Shown: positions 53,227 to 63,096 of the stretch, piece after piece
Layout: each line of letters opens with the position of its first letter
How positions within the stretch are numbered: position 1 is the stretch's first letter
DNA from: Deltaproteobacteria bacterium
GTDB taxonomy: Bacteria; Desulfobacterota; Binatia; HRBIN30; CADEER01
Length of the DNA stretch: 64,000 nucleotides
Reading direction: 5' to 3'
Assembly: GCA_029262455.1 (NCBI GenBank)
Contig: JAJCZJ010000020.1
Span: 325,078-389,077 of the forward strand
The notes under the pieces: generated by a model
What the model was told of the DNA's origin: nothing
Seen by the model: the letters and a program-made list of their open reading frames with translations, nothing else
The model's database searches: none
Program-made: the position numbers and the translations under genes

Positions 53227-54837
53227 CTAGTGGTCCCGAGCTTTCCCAGCCGAACCCGGTCGCCCTTGGGCAAACCAGGCGTGCTCGGGACGAGCGAGGA
53301 TCTCTGCAATCAGCGTATCGATCGCCGACGCCGCCACACCCTCACCGCGCGCTGCCGCATGCTCGGCGATCTCACGCGCTTGCGGCAGTAGCTCCTGATA
53401 AAATCGTTCCGCAACCTCGTACATCCCGTGCCACTGAGTGTAGTCCGGCGCCATCATCGCCGCACCCATGCGCGCGCGACGGCCTTCGTGGTGCCAGAGG
53501 TAGAACCAGGTCCATTCGATCTCCTCATCAAAGGGAGTCGCCGTGATCAGATCGTTCGTCTTGAGCGCCTTCATGATCGACTGACCTGGCGCTGCAAACT
53601 TCTCGTTGTAGAGAGTCACGAGATCGTCATACTGCCGGTAAAACCCGCTCGTGTGGTCGTCCGTGTGGCAGTGCGAGCAAACTTCGCGCATCCGTCCGCG
53701 CTTATCGGCGGCGCTATCGGTCACCAGCTCACGCCGCTTCTGTGGGTCGAGCTCACGTACAATCGCCCCATCTTTATCGGTGTCCATCTGCAGACTCAGA
53801 GGCGGTCGGTTGTTCCAAGAGATCCGCTCGCGCGGATCATGCGTGATCTTGCCACCGTTTCGTGAGTGTCCAGACATGTGGCAGGTAGCGCAGGTCGGTG
53901 CCTGCGCGTAGTCGCGGCCGAGCACCCAGCTGTCGCCGTCCAGGTCCATGTCTTCGCGCAGGTCGCGGTAGGCGACACCGTGCTTCGACTCCTCATAGAT
54001 CTCCTTTTGCGGATGGTCGGGTCCGAGGTGGCATTTGCCGCAATTCTCCGGCTGTCGCGCACGTCGCGGCGAAAAATCGTGACGGCTGTGGCAGGCGGAA
54101 CACGAGCCGCGTGATCCGTCGAGGTTCAACCGGCCAATTCCCGTATTCGGCCAAGTCCCGGTGTCGAGGAGCGGACGGCCATTGTCGTCGCGCAGCACGC
54201 GAGCAACCGCGTCGAGGTCCGTTGGCTTGCCGTCAACGCCAGGCTTCAAGTCCACAAACGTGATCGACTCCCCGGTGGTCGCTCGCAGTGCGACCTTGCT
54301 CCCGTGGCATTGCTGGCAGCCAGAGAGGGCTGCGGCCATACCGTCGACTTCATCTCCTCGCGCAATTGCTTCGGGCGAATGTGGTGAAAAAGCCACGCGA
54401 GAGCCCTCGACCGTCTCGGCGAGAAAGTTGTCCAACGAGGCAAGGATGTTGCCGGCCGCAGCGTGATGACTCCGCTCGAACTCGTCGGCCACCTGCGGGT
54501 GACATCCCGCACAATCGCGCGGCGTTACGATCGTCGCTATGTCTGCGCCGTAATGGGAGAACGCATCCGCCTCATCGCGTTCGGCTCGGTGACAGTCTAG
54601 GCAGGCGACACCGACCTCCGCGTGCTTGCTGCTGCGCCAGTGCGTCACGATGCCGGGATGTGCTTGACTGTGGCAGGCTACACAGCCCTCGCTACTCGAA
54701 GCCACCGAAATGATCGGCTCGCGCATCCCACCCTCTACTTCGCGTCGTACGATCTCCATGCGTTGCACGAAGAACAGAGAACCGACGAAGATCAGGGCCG
54801 CTGCGATCAGCACCAGTCGTTTGGCGTTCAAATCCAT
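53227..54837 (-). CDS. Membrane-anchored octaheme cytochrome c, hydroxylamine-oxidoreductase (HAO) family-like
   Basis: Eight CxxCH motifs: CVACH, CLDCH, CAGCH, CQQCH, CSACH, CGKCH, CATCH, CSHCH. N-terminal TM LVLIAAALIFVGSLFFV. HAO-like WRSSKHAEVGVACLDCH, PTCATCHM, LWHHEGRRARMGAAMMAPDYTQWHG. Confidence 0.65.
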   Translation of the reverse strand: MDLNAKRLVLIAAALIFVGSLFFVQRMEIVRREVEGGMREPIISVASSSEGCVACHSQAHPGIVTHWRSSKHAEVGVACLDCHRAERDEADAFSHYGADIATIVTPRDCAGCHPQVADEFERSHHAAAGNILASLDNFLAETVEGSRVAFSPHSPEAIARGDEVDGMAAALSGCQQCHGSKVALRATTGESITFVDLKPGVDGKPTDLDAVARVLRDDNGRPLLDTGTWPNTGIGRLNLDGSRGSCSACHSRHDFSPRRARQPENCGKCHLGPDHPQKEIYEESKHGVAYRDLREDMDLDGDSWVLGRDYAQAPTCATCHMSGHSRNGGKITHDPRERISWNNRPPLSLQMDTDKDGAIVRELDPQKRRELVTDSAADKRGRMREVCSHCHTDDHTSGFYRQYDDLVTLYNEKFAAPGQSIMKALKTNDLITATPFDEEIEWTWFYLWHHEGRRARMGAAMMAPDYTQWHGMYEVAERFYQELLPQAREIAEHAAARGEGVAASAIDTLIAEILARPEHAWFAQGRPGSAGKARDH

Positions 54838-54859
54838 GGAATCCCCCGTGGTCTTCGCC

Positions 54860-55906
54860 TCAGTGGGCGACGGCCGCCTCCCAAATCATGAGAACCGAGA
54901 TCAGGACAACGGCCAACAGACCAATCCAAACACTCGCTTCGGAAAATCTCGTTTTTCGACGAATCAAGTCGTCGATAAAAGGCCAACAGAACATCGTGAA
55001 GACCACGAAGCCCATGCTGAGAATGGCCACGGTTCCGGAAAAAAGTTTCAGCCAACGAAACGCCACATAGAAGAACCACTCGGGTTTGATCACTTCGGGA
55101 GTCGTCAACGGATCGGCCAAAGGACCCATCGTGGCCGGGAACACAGTCGCCAACGCGCTCAGGAGAACCATCAACGACAGTCCGATGGTCAGCTCCATAT
55201 AGACGTGATCGGGGAACAGATTGAACGTTCCACCTCCGTCCGGCTCCTCCTCGAACGAGAGCTCGCTGACACCCTGCAACCGGACGATCGCGATGTGCAC
55301 AACGATCAACAGAGTCAGAATGATCGGCAACACCGCTCCGTGAAGGACAAAGAAGCGCGCCAGGGTATGGCTATTGTACGAATCGCCTCCGAGCAGCATG
55401 CGCTTGACGGTCGACCCGATCAGGGGAACGCCATCGGCGATGTTGGCGCCGACCGTCGCCCCCCAGTAGCTCAGCTGCTCATAGACGAGGCTGTAGCCGG
55501 TGAAGGCAATCGTCAGAGTGCAGACGAGCATCGACATACCGATCATCCAGTTGATCTCGCGCGGCTTGCGATAAGCCCCGGAAAAAAACACCCGCATCTG
55601 ATGGAGCACGATCGCGGCGATCATGAAGGTTGCGCCCCACTTGTGCACGCTCCGGACGTACCAACCAAATGGGACTTCGTCGGTGACATAGGCCACCGAC
55701 TGGTACGCGCGCGACGGCGACGGTTCGTAGTAAAAGGCGAGCAACAACCCCGTCACGATCTGAATCGCGTAGAGGTACGCCGGCGTACCTCCGAGGGCGA
55801 ACCACCATCGCTTCATGTGATTCGGCACCGGCTCGTTGGTGAGCCAACGTAAATCCTCACCGCTCACATCGAGTCGTTCCCCGAACCAATGGCGCACCGA
55901 CATCAT
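54860..55906 (-). CDS. Cytochrome b of a Rieske/cyt b complex (b6 plus subunit IV-like fusion)
   Basis: WFALGGTPAYLYAIQIVTGLLLAFYY, VRSVHKWGATFMIAAIVLHQMRVFFSGAY, YWGATVGANI, RFFVLHGAVLP. Confidence 0.85.
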   Translation of the reverse strand: MMSVRHWFGERLDVSGEDLRWLTNEPVPNHMKRWWFALGGTPAYLYAIQIVTGLLLAFYYEPSPSRAYQSVAYVTDEVPFGWYVRSVHKWGATFMIAAIVLHQMRVFFSGAYRKPREINWMIGMSMLVCTLTIAFTGYSLVYEQLSYWGATVGANIADGVPLIGSTVKRMLLGGDSYNSHTLARFFVLHGAVLPIILTLLIVVHIAIVRLQGVSELSFEEEPDGGGTFNLFPDHVYMELTIGLSLMVLLSALATVFPATMGPLADPLTTPEVIKPEWFFYVAFRWLKLFSGTVAILSMGFVVFTMFCWPFIDDLIRRKTRFSEASVWIGLLAVVLISVLMIWEAAVAH

Positions 55907-55915
55907 GCTCTGCCC

Positions 55916-56455
55916 CTAGGTCCGAAGCGCGCCCGTAGTGGACGGGATCAAGTCGGCTTCCGCCAACTCGATGAAAAGAAGGTTTCCTTCGACCTTTAGA
56001 TTGTACGGGATCAGATCGAGCCCCTGCTCCCCTGGCGGGCCACCCGTACCCTTGCCGGTCGAATCAAACACACCATTGTGACAGGGACAGAAATAGCGTT
56101 GGTCCCTACTCTGCCAATGAACCTTGCACCCGAGATGCGGGCAGACGTCCGAAAGCGCAGTGAATGTCACCGCGTCGACGTCATCGGCCTGGCGCGCAAT
56201 CACGACAGTCGCGCCGCTCGGTGTCGTATACTGAATCGTGCCCTCGACTCCCAGCCGGTCCAAGTCGCCGACATAGAGCCATTGCCCGAGGTTGCGCTGC
56301 GGCGGATAGAGGAACCTCGCGGCCAGTGAGGCAAACCCACCATAGGCCGTGACTAGGCTGACGAACAAACCACCCGACAAGAGCCTGGCAAAAAAGGCGC
56401 GACGCGGCGGTTGCTCCGGAATCTTCTTCCCCGATGACTCCTGCAGTATTGCCAT
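55916..56455 (-). CDS. Rieske [2Fe-2S] protein
   Basis: CPHLGCKVHW ... CPCHNGVF. N-terminal PRRAFFARLL followed by a TM segment. Confidence 0.85.
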   Translation of the reverse strand: MAILQESSGKKIPEQPPRRAFFARLLSGGLFVSLVTAYGGFASLAARFLYPPQRNLGQWLYVGDLDRLGVEGTIQYTTPSGATVVIARQADDVDAVTFTALSDVCPHLGCKVHWQSRDQRYFCPCHNGVFDSTGKGTGGPPGEQGLDLIPYNLKVEGNLLFIELAEADLIPSTTGALRT

Positions 56456-56458
56456 GAC

Positions 56459-56908
56459 CTATGCGACAGCCGACGACGCGTTTGCCAGACGCTGTCCAAG
56501 AAAACGCAGGCAATCGGTTTCGCTAACCAGGCCCACGATCTCGTCCCCCGCCGCACCGCCGACGACAGGCAAACAACCGATGCGCTTCTCCAACATCGTC
56601 GCGACAGCATGCCGAAGCGGCGTCGTCTCGCGCGCGGTTTCGACATGCCTGGTCATCACGTGGCGAACTTCAATCTTTGAAAGCCATTCACGTTGTGGCC
56701 CCGGCTCGAACTCAAGCACTGACGAGATCGCAGCGCGGAATAAATCTCGCTGCGAAAGGATTCCGGCAAGGCGGTTGTTGACCACTACAGGCATATGGCG
56801 GATTCGGCCAAGCCGCATGATGTCATCGGCCAGATCGAGGGCGTCATCCACCTTTAGAGTGACGACCTCGCCCTGCATGATGTCTCTCAGAATCGGTTCA
56901 TCAGACAT
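56459..56908 (-). CDS. CBS-domain pair protein
   Basis: ILRDIMQGEVVTLKVDD...IRHMPVV...LAGILSQRDL and a second CBS repeat. Lies 4 nt upstream of the Rieske gene. Confidence 0.75.
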   Translation of the reverse strand: MSDEPILRDIMQGEVVTLKVDDALDLADDIMRLGRIRHMPVVVNNRLAGILSQRDLFRAAISSVLEFEPGPQREWLSKIEVRHVMTRHVETARETTPLRHAVATMLEKRIGCLPVVGGAAGDEIVGLVSETDCLRFLGQRLANASSAVA

Positions 56909-57393
56909 GACAGTGACATCAGCAATTGTCGTACCGTCATTCCGCTGGTCCGTACGAACAGCGAACGAGAACAGGGATTCTCAAAATCACTGCTGGCAGC
57001 CGCTGGGTTTCTCACGTATGGGAAACCTGAATTCCAAATTCTCTGACCTGCGCGGTGGGTGGTACGACAAATCTAGTAGGGTCAGTGCGAGTCGTGCGCC
57101 GGCATCGAGGCAAAGGTATTTCGCCAAGTCGATCAAGCTTCTCTACGCCGCTTACTTCGGCGCGCTGAACACCTATTCAGCAGCAGCGCTCCAGTCGATC
57201 CAGAAGAAGGTGCCGATCTACGTACCCGACTTGGCGTTCGGCGTGCTAGGCGTCAGCCCTACCGAAGTAGCCCGACGCACTCGTCCGCGCAGGTGAACAA
57301 CCCGTCCGACGAATAACGTCGGCCGATGCCGCCCTCAGATCGTTGGTAACATTTTCTTGCTGCAATCCAGCAATCCTGGTCTACTTCGAACTG

Positions 57394-58962
57394 ATGAAAC
57401 AGACTCACCTCGTATTCCTCGCGCTGGGCCTCAGCACCCTATGCACGCACCCGATCGCGGCGCAGATCGAACCCATTGGCAACAGTATTCAAGTCGGTAC
57501 CAACGACGGCACCAACCAATTTCTGCCAACGGTCGCCGCGGCGCCGAACGGCAACTTTGTGGTTGCTTGGAGTCGTGCATTTGACTTCCCATTCATGGGG
57601 CAGATGATCCCGGTGCGCCAGCTACAAGCGCGCGCCTTCGACAGCGCCGGAGCGCCAGTGGGCTTCGAATTCAACATTCGTTCGGGGTACCAAACCGCGT
57701 TCATTCCAGACGCCACCGCGATCGATGGCGGATTCGTTGTGGCTTGGGAAAAACAGTTTGACTACGGCGTCCACGCGATAAAGCTCGACGCGTCGGGAAG
57801 CGCGCCCACCGGAGCGGAGTTTCTCGTCGACTCCACGGTTGTTTACAACAACCCGCCCGGCGAACCCGGCGACACCCTCAACCCGGAACAACCTGTCGTC
57901 GCTGCGACTGCCAACGGCGGTTTCGTCGTCGTGTGGTCCCGCGTCTACCTCGAGTGGCCCCCCACTGGAATCAGAGAGGGGCGTGGTGTGCACGGACGTC
58001 TCTATGACAGCAACGGCACGCCGGGTTCGAAGTTTCAGGTAAACACCACCCAACCAATGGAACACGCAGCCGCGGGACGCGACGTCGCCTCGGATCCCTC
58101 TGGAAACTTCGTTGCCGTCTGGGACTTTGAGAACGACGACGCAATCTTCGGGCAACGGTTTAACTCGAACGGGACACCGGTCGGCACCGAATTCTCAGTG
58201 AGCGGTCCGCCGGACACTCGCACCGACCCATCGACCTGCATGCACTCTGACTCCAGCTTCGTCGTCGAGTGGACGGCAACGGACGGCTCGGGGAACCCAC
58301 GCATTCAAGCCCAACGCTTCGACAGCGGTGGCACTTCCCAAGGCACAGATTTTCGAGTCAGCTTACCTTCGGCGACCTCAGCGCAGTACGGAGAGATTGT
58401 TTGCACCGGCGATGGCGGCTTCACCATTGCCTGGGACGAGCCCAGCGGCTTCTTCGGCCGTCGTTACGACGCCGCGGGCGATCCAGTCGGGACACGGGTA
58501 TCGTTACATGCGTCCGGACAGTCGCTTGACTCGCGTCCGCGCCTCGCGGCGCAGACGTTTCCCAATCTACTGATGGTGCATGACAGCAGCGCTATTACCG
58601 CTCAGCGAATGCGGGCGTCAGGAGAGGGATTCCCGGTCGACAGCTTCAAATGCTACAAGGCTATCGACCGAGAGGCGCCGCCGTTTCAGTCGCTGAGTGT
58701 AACGCTGGCGGACCAGTTCGCCATCAACGACGGCACTTTCAAGGTCGTCAAACCGCGCCTCCTCTGCAACCCCGTGGCAGTGGACAGCGAGGGGATTAAC
58801 CGACCTGACGAACACCAGGTTTGCTATAAGATCCGCGGACCAAGAATAGACCGCGACGAGAGACCCCTCATCTCCGTGAGCAGCGACTTCGGGGTTTCGC
58901 AGCTGGAGATCGTCAGACCATTGTACTTGTGCATACCTTCTCTCAAGACGGTACTTCCCTAG
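57394..58962 (+). CDS. Secreted beta-propeller-like repeat protein with a 4-Cys C-terminal domain
   Basis: ORF 57343..58962 trimmed to ATG 57394. Signal MKQTHLVFLALGLSTLCTHPIAAQ. Repeats G.EF.V......P.VA....G.FVV.W....QRF...G. Tail: FKCYKA...LLCNP...QVCYKI...LYLCIP. Confidence 0.7.
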   Translation: MKQTHLVFLALGLSTLCTHPIAAQIEPIGNSIQVGTNDGTNQFLPTVAAAPNGNFVVAWSRAFDFPFMGQMIPVRQLQARAFDSAGAPVGFEFNIRSGYQTAFIPDATAIDGGFVVAWEKQFDYGVHAIKLDASGSAPTGAEFLVDSTVVYNNPPGEPGDTLNPEQPVVAATANGGFVVVWSRVYLEWPPTGIREGRGVHGRLYDSNGTPGSKFQVNTTQPMEHAAAGRDVASDPSGNFVAVWDFENDDAIFGQRFNSNGTPVGTEFSVSGPPDTRTDPSTCMHSDSSFVVEWTATDGSGNPRIQAQRFDSGGTSQGTDFRVSLPSATSAQYGEIVCTGDGGFTIAWDEPSGFFGRRYDAAGDPVGTRVSLHASGQSLDSRPRLAAQTFPNLLMVHDSSAITAQRMRASGEGFPVDSFKCYKAIDREAPPFQSLSVTLADQFAINDGTFKVVKPRLLCNPVAVDSEGINRPDEHQVCYKIRGPRIDRDERPLISVSSDFGVSQLEIVRPLYLCIPSLKTVLP

Positions 58963-59031
58963 CGCGAACTCAAGGACGCCAATGCGGCGGCACAGACGGC
59001 ACCACCCGTCGCGGAGGCAATCAACTAAGCT

Positions 59032-60456
59032 ATGGGCGACGAGATCAATCAGCGCTACTACGACGCCGATGACTTCAGCGACTTTCGACACAATCTCGAT
59101 GAGGAAACAGCGCTACTCGGCAATCTCTTTCAACAAGACGACTTCAGCAAGCGCGGAGACATGGCAGGCTTCGAGCTCGAAGCCTGGCTGATCGACGACC
59201 AGGGGGATCCATTCCCGGACAACGAAAGTTACCTGAAGGCCCTCGACAACCCACTCGTCGTTCCCGAGCTCGCTAGGTTCAACGTCGAATTGAACGGAAG
59301 CCCGACTGCCCTCACTGGCCGGGTGTTTTCACGCTTGCAAGATGAACTCGATGCAACCTGGCGATCCTGCCGCAAAGCAGCGGACCGATTGAAGTGTCAC
59401 CTCCTGACAATCGGTATCCTGCCGACCGTCAAGGAAGCCATGTTGTCGGACGAGTACATGTCGCACATGGTCCGCTATCAGACGTTGAATGATCGGGTCA
59501 TGGCGCTGCGCGACGGAAAGCCGCTCGAGCTCAACATCGAAGGCACGCCCAACCTCCTCGCGACACATTCCGACGTCATGCTCGAGGCCGCCGCCACGTC
59601 GTTTCAGGTCCACCTGCAATGCCTGCCCGACCGGGCGGTGCGCGACTTCAACGCGTCGCTGATCGCGTCTGCACCGATGGTCGCCGTCTCGGCGAATTCA
59701 CCCTTTCTGTTCGGACACGCGCTCTGGGACGAAACCCGCATCCCGCTATTTGAACAGGCAGTTGACCTCGGCGAGCGATTCCCGTCCAGAGTCAGTTTCG
59801 GCAAGAGCTATGTAAACGAGTCGCTCTTCGAAATCTTCGAAGAGAACCAGCGCGAGCATCCGATCCTGATTCCGGCGGTCCAGGAGCAACCGGCGAACCA
59901 ATTCGCTCACGTGCGCTTCCACAATGGGACACTGTGGCGTTGGAATCGCCCCTTGATCGGCTTCGATTTCGACGGCCAGGTGCATCTGCGGATCGAACAC
60001 CGGGTCATTCCAGCCGGCCCCACGATCAAGGATTGTATCGCCAATTGCGCCTTCTACTTTGGTTTGGTGCGCGGCTGGGGCCTGGACAAGGAGCCACTGG
60101 AGAACCACATCCCCTTCGAAGTCGCGCGCGACAACTTCTACAACGCCGCCCGATACGGTTTGGGCGCTCGGGTCCGATGGTCGCGCGATGGCACCGAGAG
60201 TGAAGTCTCGATTCGATCCCTGATCATCGACGAACTATTGCCAATCGCTCGCGCCGGCCTTCAGTCGAGATCAATTCCGGACTCGGAGATCGACGACTAC
60301 CTGGGAGTGATCGCAGCGCGCGCCGAATCGTCACAGAACGGCGCGGCCTGGCAACGGCGTTGGATCGAAGAGAACGGTCCAGACTTCAACGGTCTGGTCC
60401 TCGCATACCGCGAACAACAGAACCGGGGTTGCCCGGTTCACGAATGGACGCTTTAA
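59032..60456 (+). CDS. Glutamate-cysteine ligase family 2 (carboxylate-amine ligase)-like protein
   Basis: GFELEAWLID, RFNVELNGSP, ATSFQVHLQ, VSANSPFLFG. Confidence 0.65.
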   Translation: MGDEINQRYYDADDFSDFRHNLDEETALLGNLFQQDDFSKRGDMAGFELEAWLIDDQGDPFPDNESYLKALDNPLVVPELARFNVELNGSPTALTGRVFSRLQDELDATWRSCRKAADRLKCHLLTIGILPTVKEAMLSDEYMSHMVRYQTLNDRVMALRDGKPLELNIEGTPNLLATHSDVMLEAAATSFQVHLQCLPDRAVRDFNASLIASAPMVAVSANSPFLFGHALWDETRIPLFEQAVDLGERFPSRVSFGKSYVNESLFEIFEENQREHPILIPAVQEQPANQFAHVRFHNGTLWRWNRPLIGFDFDGQVHLRIEHRVIPAGPTIKDCIANCAFYFGLVRGWGLDKEPLENHIPFEVARDNFYNAARYGLGARVRWSRDGTESEVSIRSLIIDELLPIARAGLQSRSIPDSEIDDYLGVIAARAESSQNGAAWQRRWIEENGPDFNGLVLAYREQQNRGCPVHEWTL

Positions 60457-60465
60457 GTCCGTCTC

Positions 60466-61461
60466 GTGCAAGAGCTTACAACCCTCCCGAAGCACCTACT
60501 GGAATGCCCTGCGACCGAGCTCAAGGCGCTGCTGGGTGGACCAACTCTGCTGCACTTGCAGGGAGAGAAAGAGCCGGCGCTCTTCGTCTCACTGCTCCTC
60601 CACGGTAACGAGGTGAGCGGATGGGACGGCCTTCGCCGCCTGCTGGCGGCGAATCCGGACTTGCCGCGGTCGATGTCGATTTTCATTGGAAACATAGACG
60701 CCGCGGAGCAACGCGTCCGCACACTGCCGAATCAGCAAGACTTCAACCGAATCTGGCGCGGTGCGACCGGCCCAGAAGGACAGATGGCGGCATCCGCCCT
60801 CCGGTCGATGACCGCGCGCAAGCTCTTTGCCGCCGTAGACTTGCACAACAATACTGGACGCAACCCCCACTACAGCGTGCTCACTGACCTGAGCGCCAGC
60901 AACTTCGGGCTGGCGTACCTGTTCTCAAACAATGCCGTCTACATCCGAGAGCCCGACACGGTGTTGACCAGCGTGCTCTCCGAACACTGTCCAGCAATCG
61001 CGCTGGAACTCGGCCCGGTCGGCGATCCGAGATGCGCCGAACGCTCGTACGACTACCTCACAAGACTTCTCCAACTCGAAGAGGTGCCCACGGCAACCCC
61101 CGACAACTTCAACCTCTTCCGTACCGTCGTACGCGTACACATCCCCGAGGGCATCGAGTTCTCGTTCGCTGACACCCCCACAGACAGCGGCGAGCTCGTA
61201 CTCACCGCGGGCATCGAGAGCATCAACTTCCACGAGATGCCCGCCGGCACGAGCTTCGGCCTCACCAACCGGCCCCTGAACGAGTCCCTCCGGGCCCTCG
61301 ACGTGGTTCACGACGATGTTACCGACCGGTACTTTCAGGTGACGGACAACGAGATCCGCACAAGAAAAAGTATCGTACCCGCCATGTACACCACCGACCC
61401 TCAGGTCATTCGGCAGGACTGCTTGTGCTACTTCATGGAACGAATCACCGGGCTTGTTTGA
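60466..61461 (+). CDS. Succinylglutamate desuccinylase/aspartoacylase (AstE/AspA, M14-like) family protein
   Basis: PALFVSLLLHGNEVSGW (HxxE zinc motif), DLHNNTG. Confidence 0.65.
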   Translation: MQELTTLPKHLLECPATELKALLGGPTLLHLQGEKEPALFVSLLLHGNEVSGWDGLRRLLAANPDLPRSMSIFIGNIDAAEQRVRTLPNQQDFNRIWRGATGPEGQMAASALRSMTARKLFAAVDLHNNTGRNPHYSVLTDLSASNFGLAYLFSNNAVYIREPDTVLTSVLSEHCPAIALELGPVGDPRCAERSYDYLTRLLQLEEVPTATPDNFNLFRTVVRVHIPEGIEFSFADTPTDSGELVLTAGIESINFHEMPAGTSFGLTNRPLNESLRALDVVHDDVTDRYFQVTDNEIRTRKSIVPAMYTTDPQVIRQDCLCYFMERITGLV

Positions 61462-61541
61462 CGGATCAGAGCCAACCGTCTTCATGACGACACGGGATGG
61501 AATGGCGTTCAACTGGTTGAACGCCAGCCGTTGGCCGTGGC

Positions 61542-62876
61542 CTAACGAATCGGTTGGAAATCGAGATTCGGGAGCTCACGTATTGCCGGCCGCAGCAGCA
61601 GCTCCTGCATCAGGGTTCGCCGATGCAGGCAACGGATCAACTCTGCATCGCGACTGCGGTCATCTTCCCAGACGAAACGCTCGAGTTCCGAGTCGGCCTC
61701 AGCCCAATCGCCGACGGATTTTCCAACGAGAACCGACACCAGCGCGAGATCTTCCTTGTCGGCAGCATCGCCCCAGAGGTCGACGGAGCGCGCCGCCTGC
61801 GCCATACGCAGCGCGGTTCCGAACTCATAGTCGGTCCTTTCGCGCTCGAGGGTTTTCACGAGCAGCTCGAACATTCCCGCGTGCCGCGATTCGGCCGCCT
61901 CGGGCAGCGCCACGGAATCGAGCTCAACTCCCTCGACACCGGCAATCGTCTCGATCGCCATGCGCCCAAACACCAGATACCAACTGAGGTACTGCGGAAG
62001 ATTCAGTCCGGCGAAAGGCTTGGCACACACTGCGGCCACCGCCATCGGCGTGTTCAACGAGAATCGCGCCGAGTGGTAGGCAATGACGCCGAGATCGATC
62101 TCTTCTCCGGTAATCTCTGCGTACTTGCGATACGCCCGTGCGATATCCCCGAGTGGTTCCGAAACATCGCGACCACGAAAAGCAGCCAGGTCGCCGAGCG
62201 GATCGCCGAGATGCGATAATTCAAAATCGAGAACAGCCGTCACCTTTCCGTCGTCGAAGAGAAACTGCGCCGCGTCCCCGGTTACGAACGTCGTCCGACT
62301 GCGATGCATCGGCACATTGCGCTTGAGCCAAAGCAAAGCAAACTCGATCAGCGGCTCCGGTCTCTGCTTGCCCTGTCGATAGCCCTTTTCCCAGACCGGC
62401 AAGTCGTCGAGCCCGATCTGCCGTGCCCCCTCGGGGCGTTGCAGACCGATCGCGTCGAACGCCGCCAGATCGATCGAGTGCATGCGTGCCAAGATAGCGA
62501 CGTACTCGTCCATCACCGCGCAACGCTCCGCTTCGTCCTGAGCGGTTGCCAGGTTCGCCCGACCGGGGGCACAGGCCATGACGATACCGCGAGGATCTTC
62601 GCAGAAACCGTAGAGCCGAGGCACAGGAATCCCGTGGTCTTCGAGAACCCGCATCACCTCGTACTCATGCCGGATGTCGTATGTCCCCTGCCCCATCTCA
62701 CGGTCGCCACGGTAGTAGACTCGCACGACCTCACCGTCGCATTCGACCTCGAGAAACCACGCCGGACGCCAGCGCGGTTGGCGTTCGACGCGAAGCGCCC
62801 GACCGCCAACCATGCGGCCAACTTCCGCGAACACGCGCTGCCAGCGATCCTCCTTTACTTGCTCGACTGGGATCAT
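61542..62876 (-). CDS. Phosphotransferase (APH/choline-kinase-like) family protein
   Basis: ORF 61542..62990 trimmed to ATG 62876, which has a CAGGAGGGG SD. FVTGDAAQFLFDDGKVTAVLDFELSHLGDPLGDLA. Confidence 0.7.
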   Translation of the reverse strand: MIPVEQVKEDRWQRVFAEVGRMVGGRALRVERQPRWRPAWFLEVECDGEVVRVYYRGDREMGQGTYDIRHEYEVMRVLEDHGIPVPRLYGFCEDPRGIVMACAPGRANLATAQDEAERCAVMDEYVAILARMHSIDLAAFDAIGLQRPEGARQIGLDDLPVWEKGYRQGKQRPEPLIEFALLWLKRNVPMHRSRTTFVTGDAAQFLFDDGKVTAVLDFELSHLGDPLGDLAAFRGRDVSEPLGDIARAYRKYAEITGEEIDLGVIAYHSARFSLNTPMAVAAVCAKPFAGLNLPQYLSWYLVFGRMAIETIAGVEGVELDSVALPEAAESRHAGMFELLVKTLERERTDYEFGTALRMAQAARSVDLWGDAADKEDLALVSVLVGKSVGDWAEADSELERFVWEDDRSRDAELIRCLHRRTLMQELLLRPAIRELPNLDFQPIR

Positions 62877-63096
62877 ACCCCTCCTGGGTTGCAAGGTCCG
62901 ACTCTGAGTTGGCTCGACGCACCGCACAATGCAAGCGAGCAAGCGATGACAAGCGAAGAAACCCAGATATCGGTTCACTGGGCGCTCCAAATCTGGGTCG
63001 ACGCCGAAAGGTTGCGTCCTTACCTGGGGAGGCGTTATTGTCCGAAAGCGTGTCGCATTTTTGACCGCGAGCTAGGCAACCAAGGGGGGACATCGC

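Noticed and set aside
54710-57296. Plus-strand ORFs 54710..55852 and 56349..57296. The latter includes a possible small ORF at 57018..57296 (MGNLNSKFSDLRGGWYDKSS...) in the 486-nt gap upstream of 57394.
   Set aside because: The first two overlap the cytochrome b, Rieske and CBS genes on the opposite strand. The 92-aa tail ORF has no SD, no recognisable motif and an Arg-rich end, so there is insufficient support.
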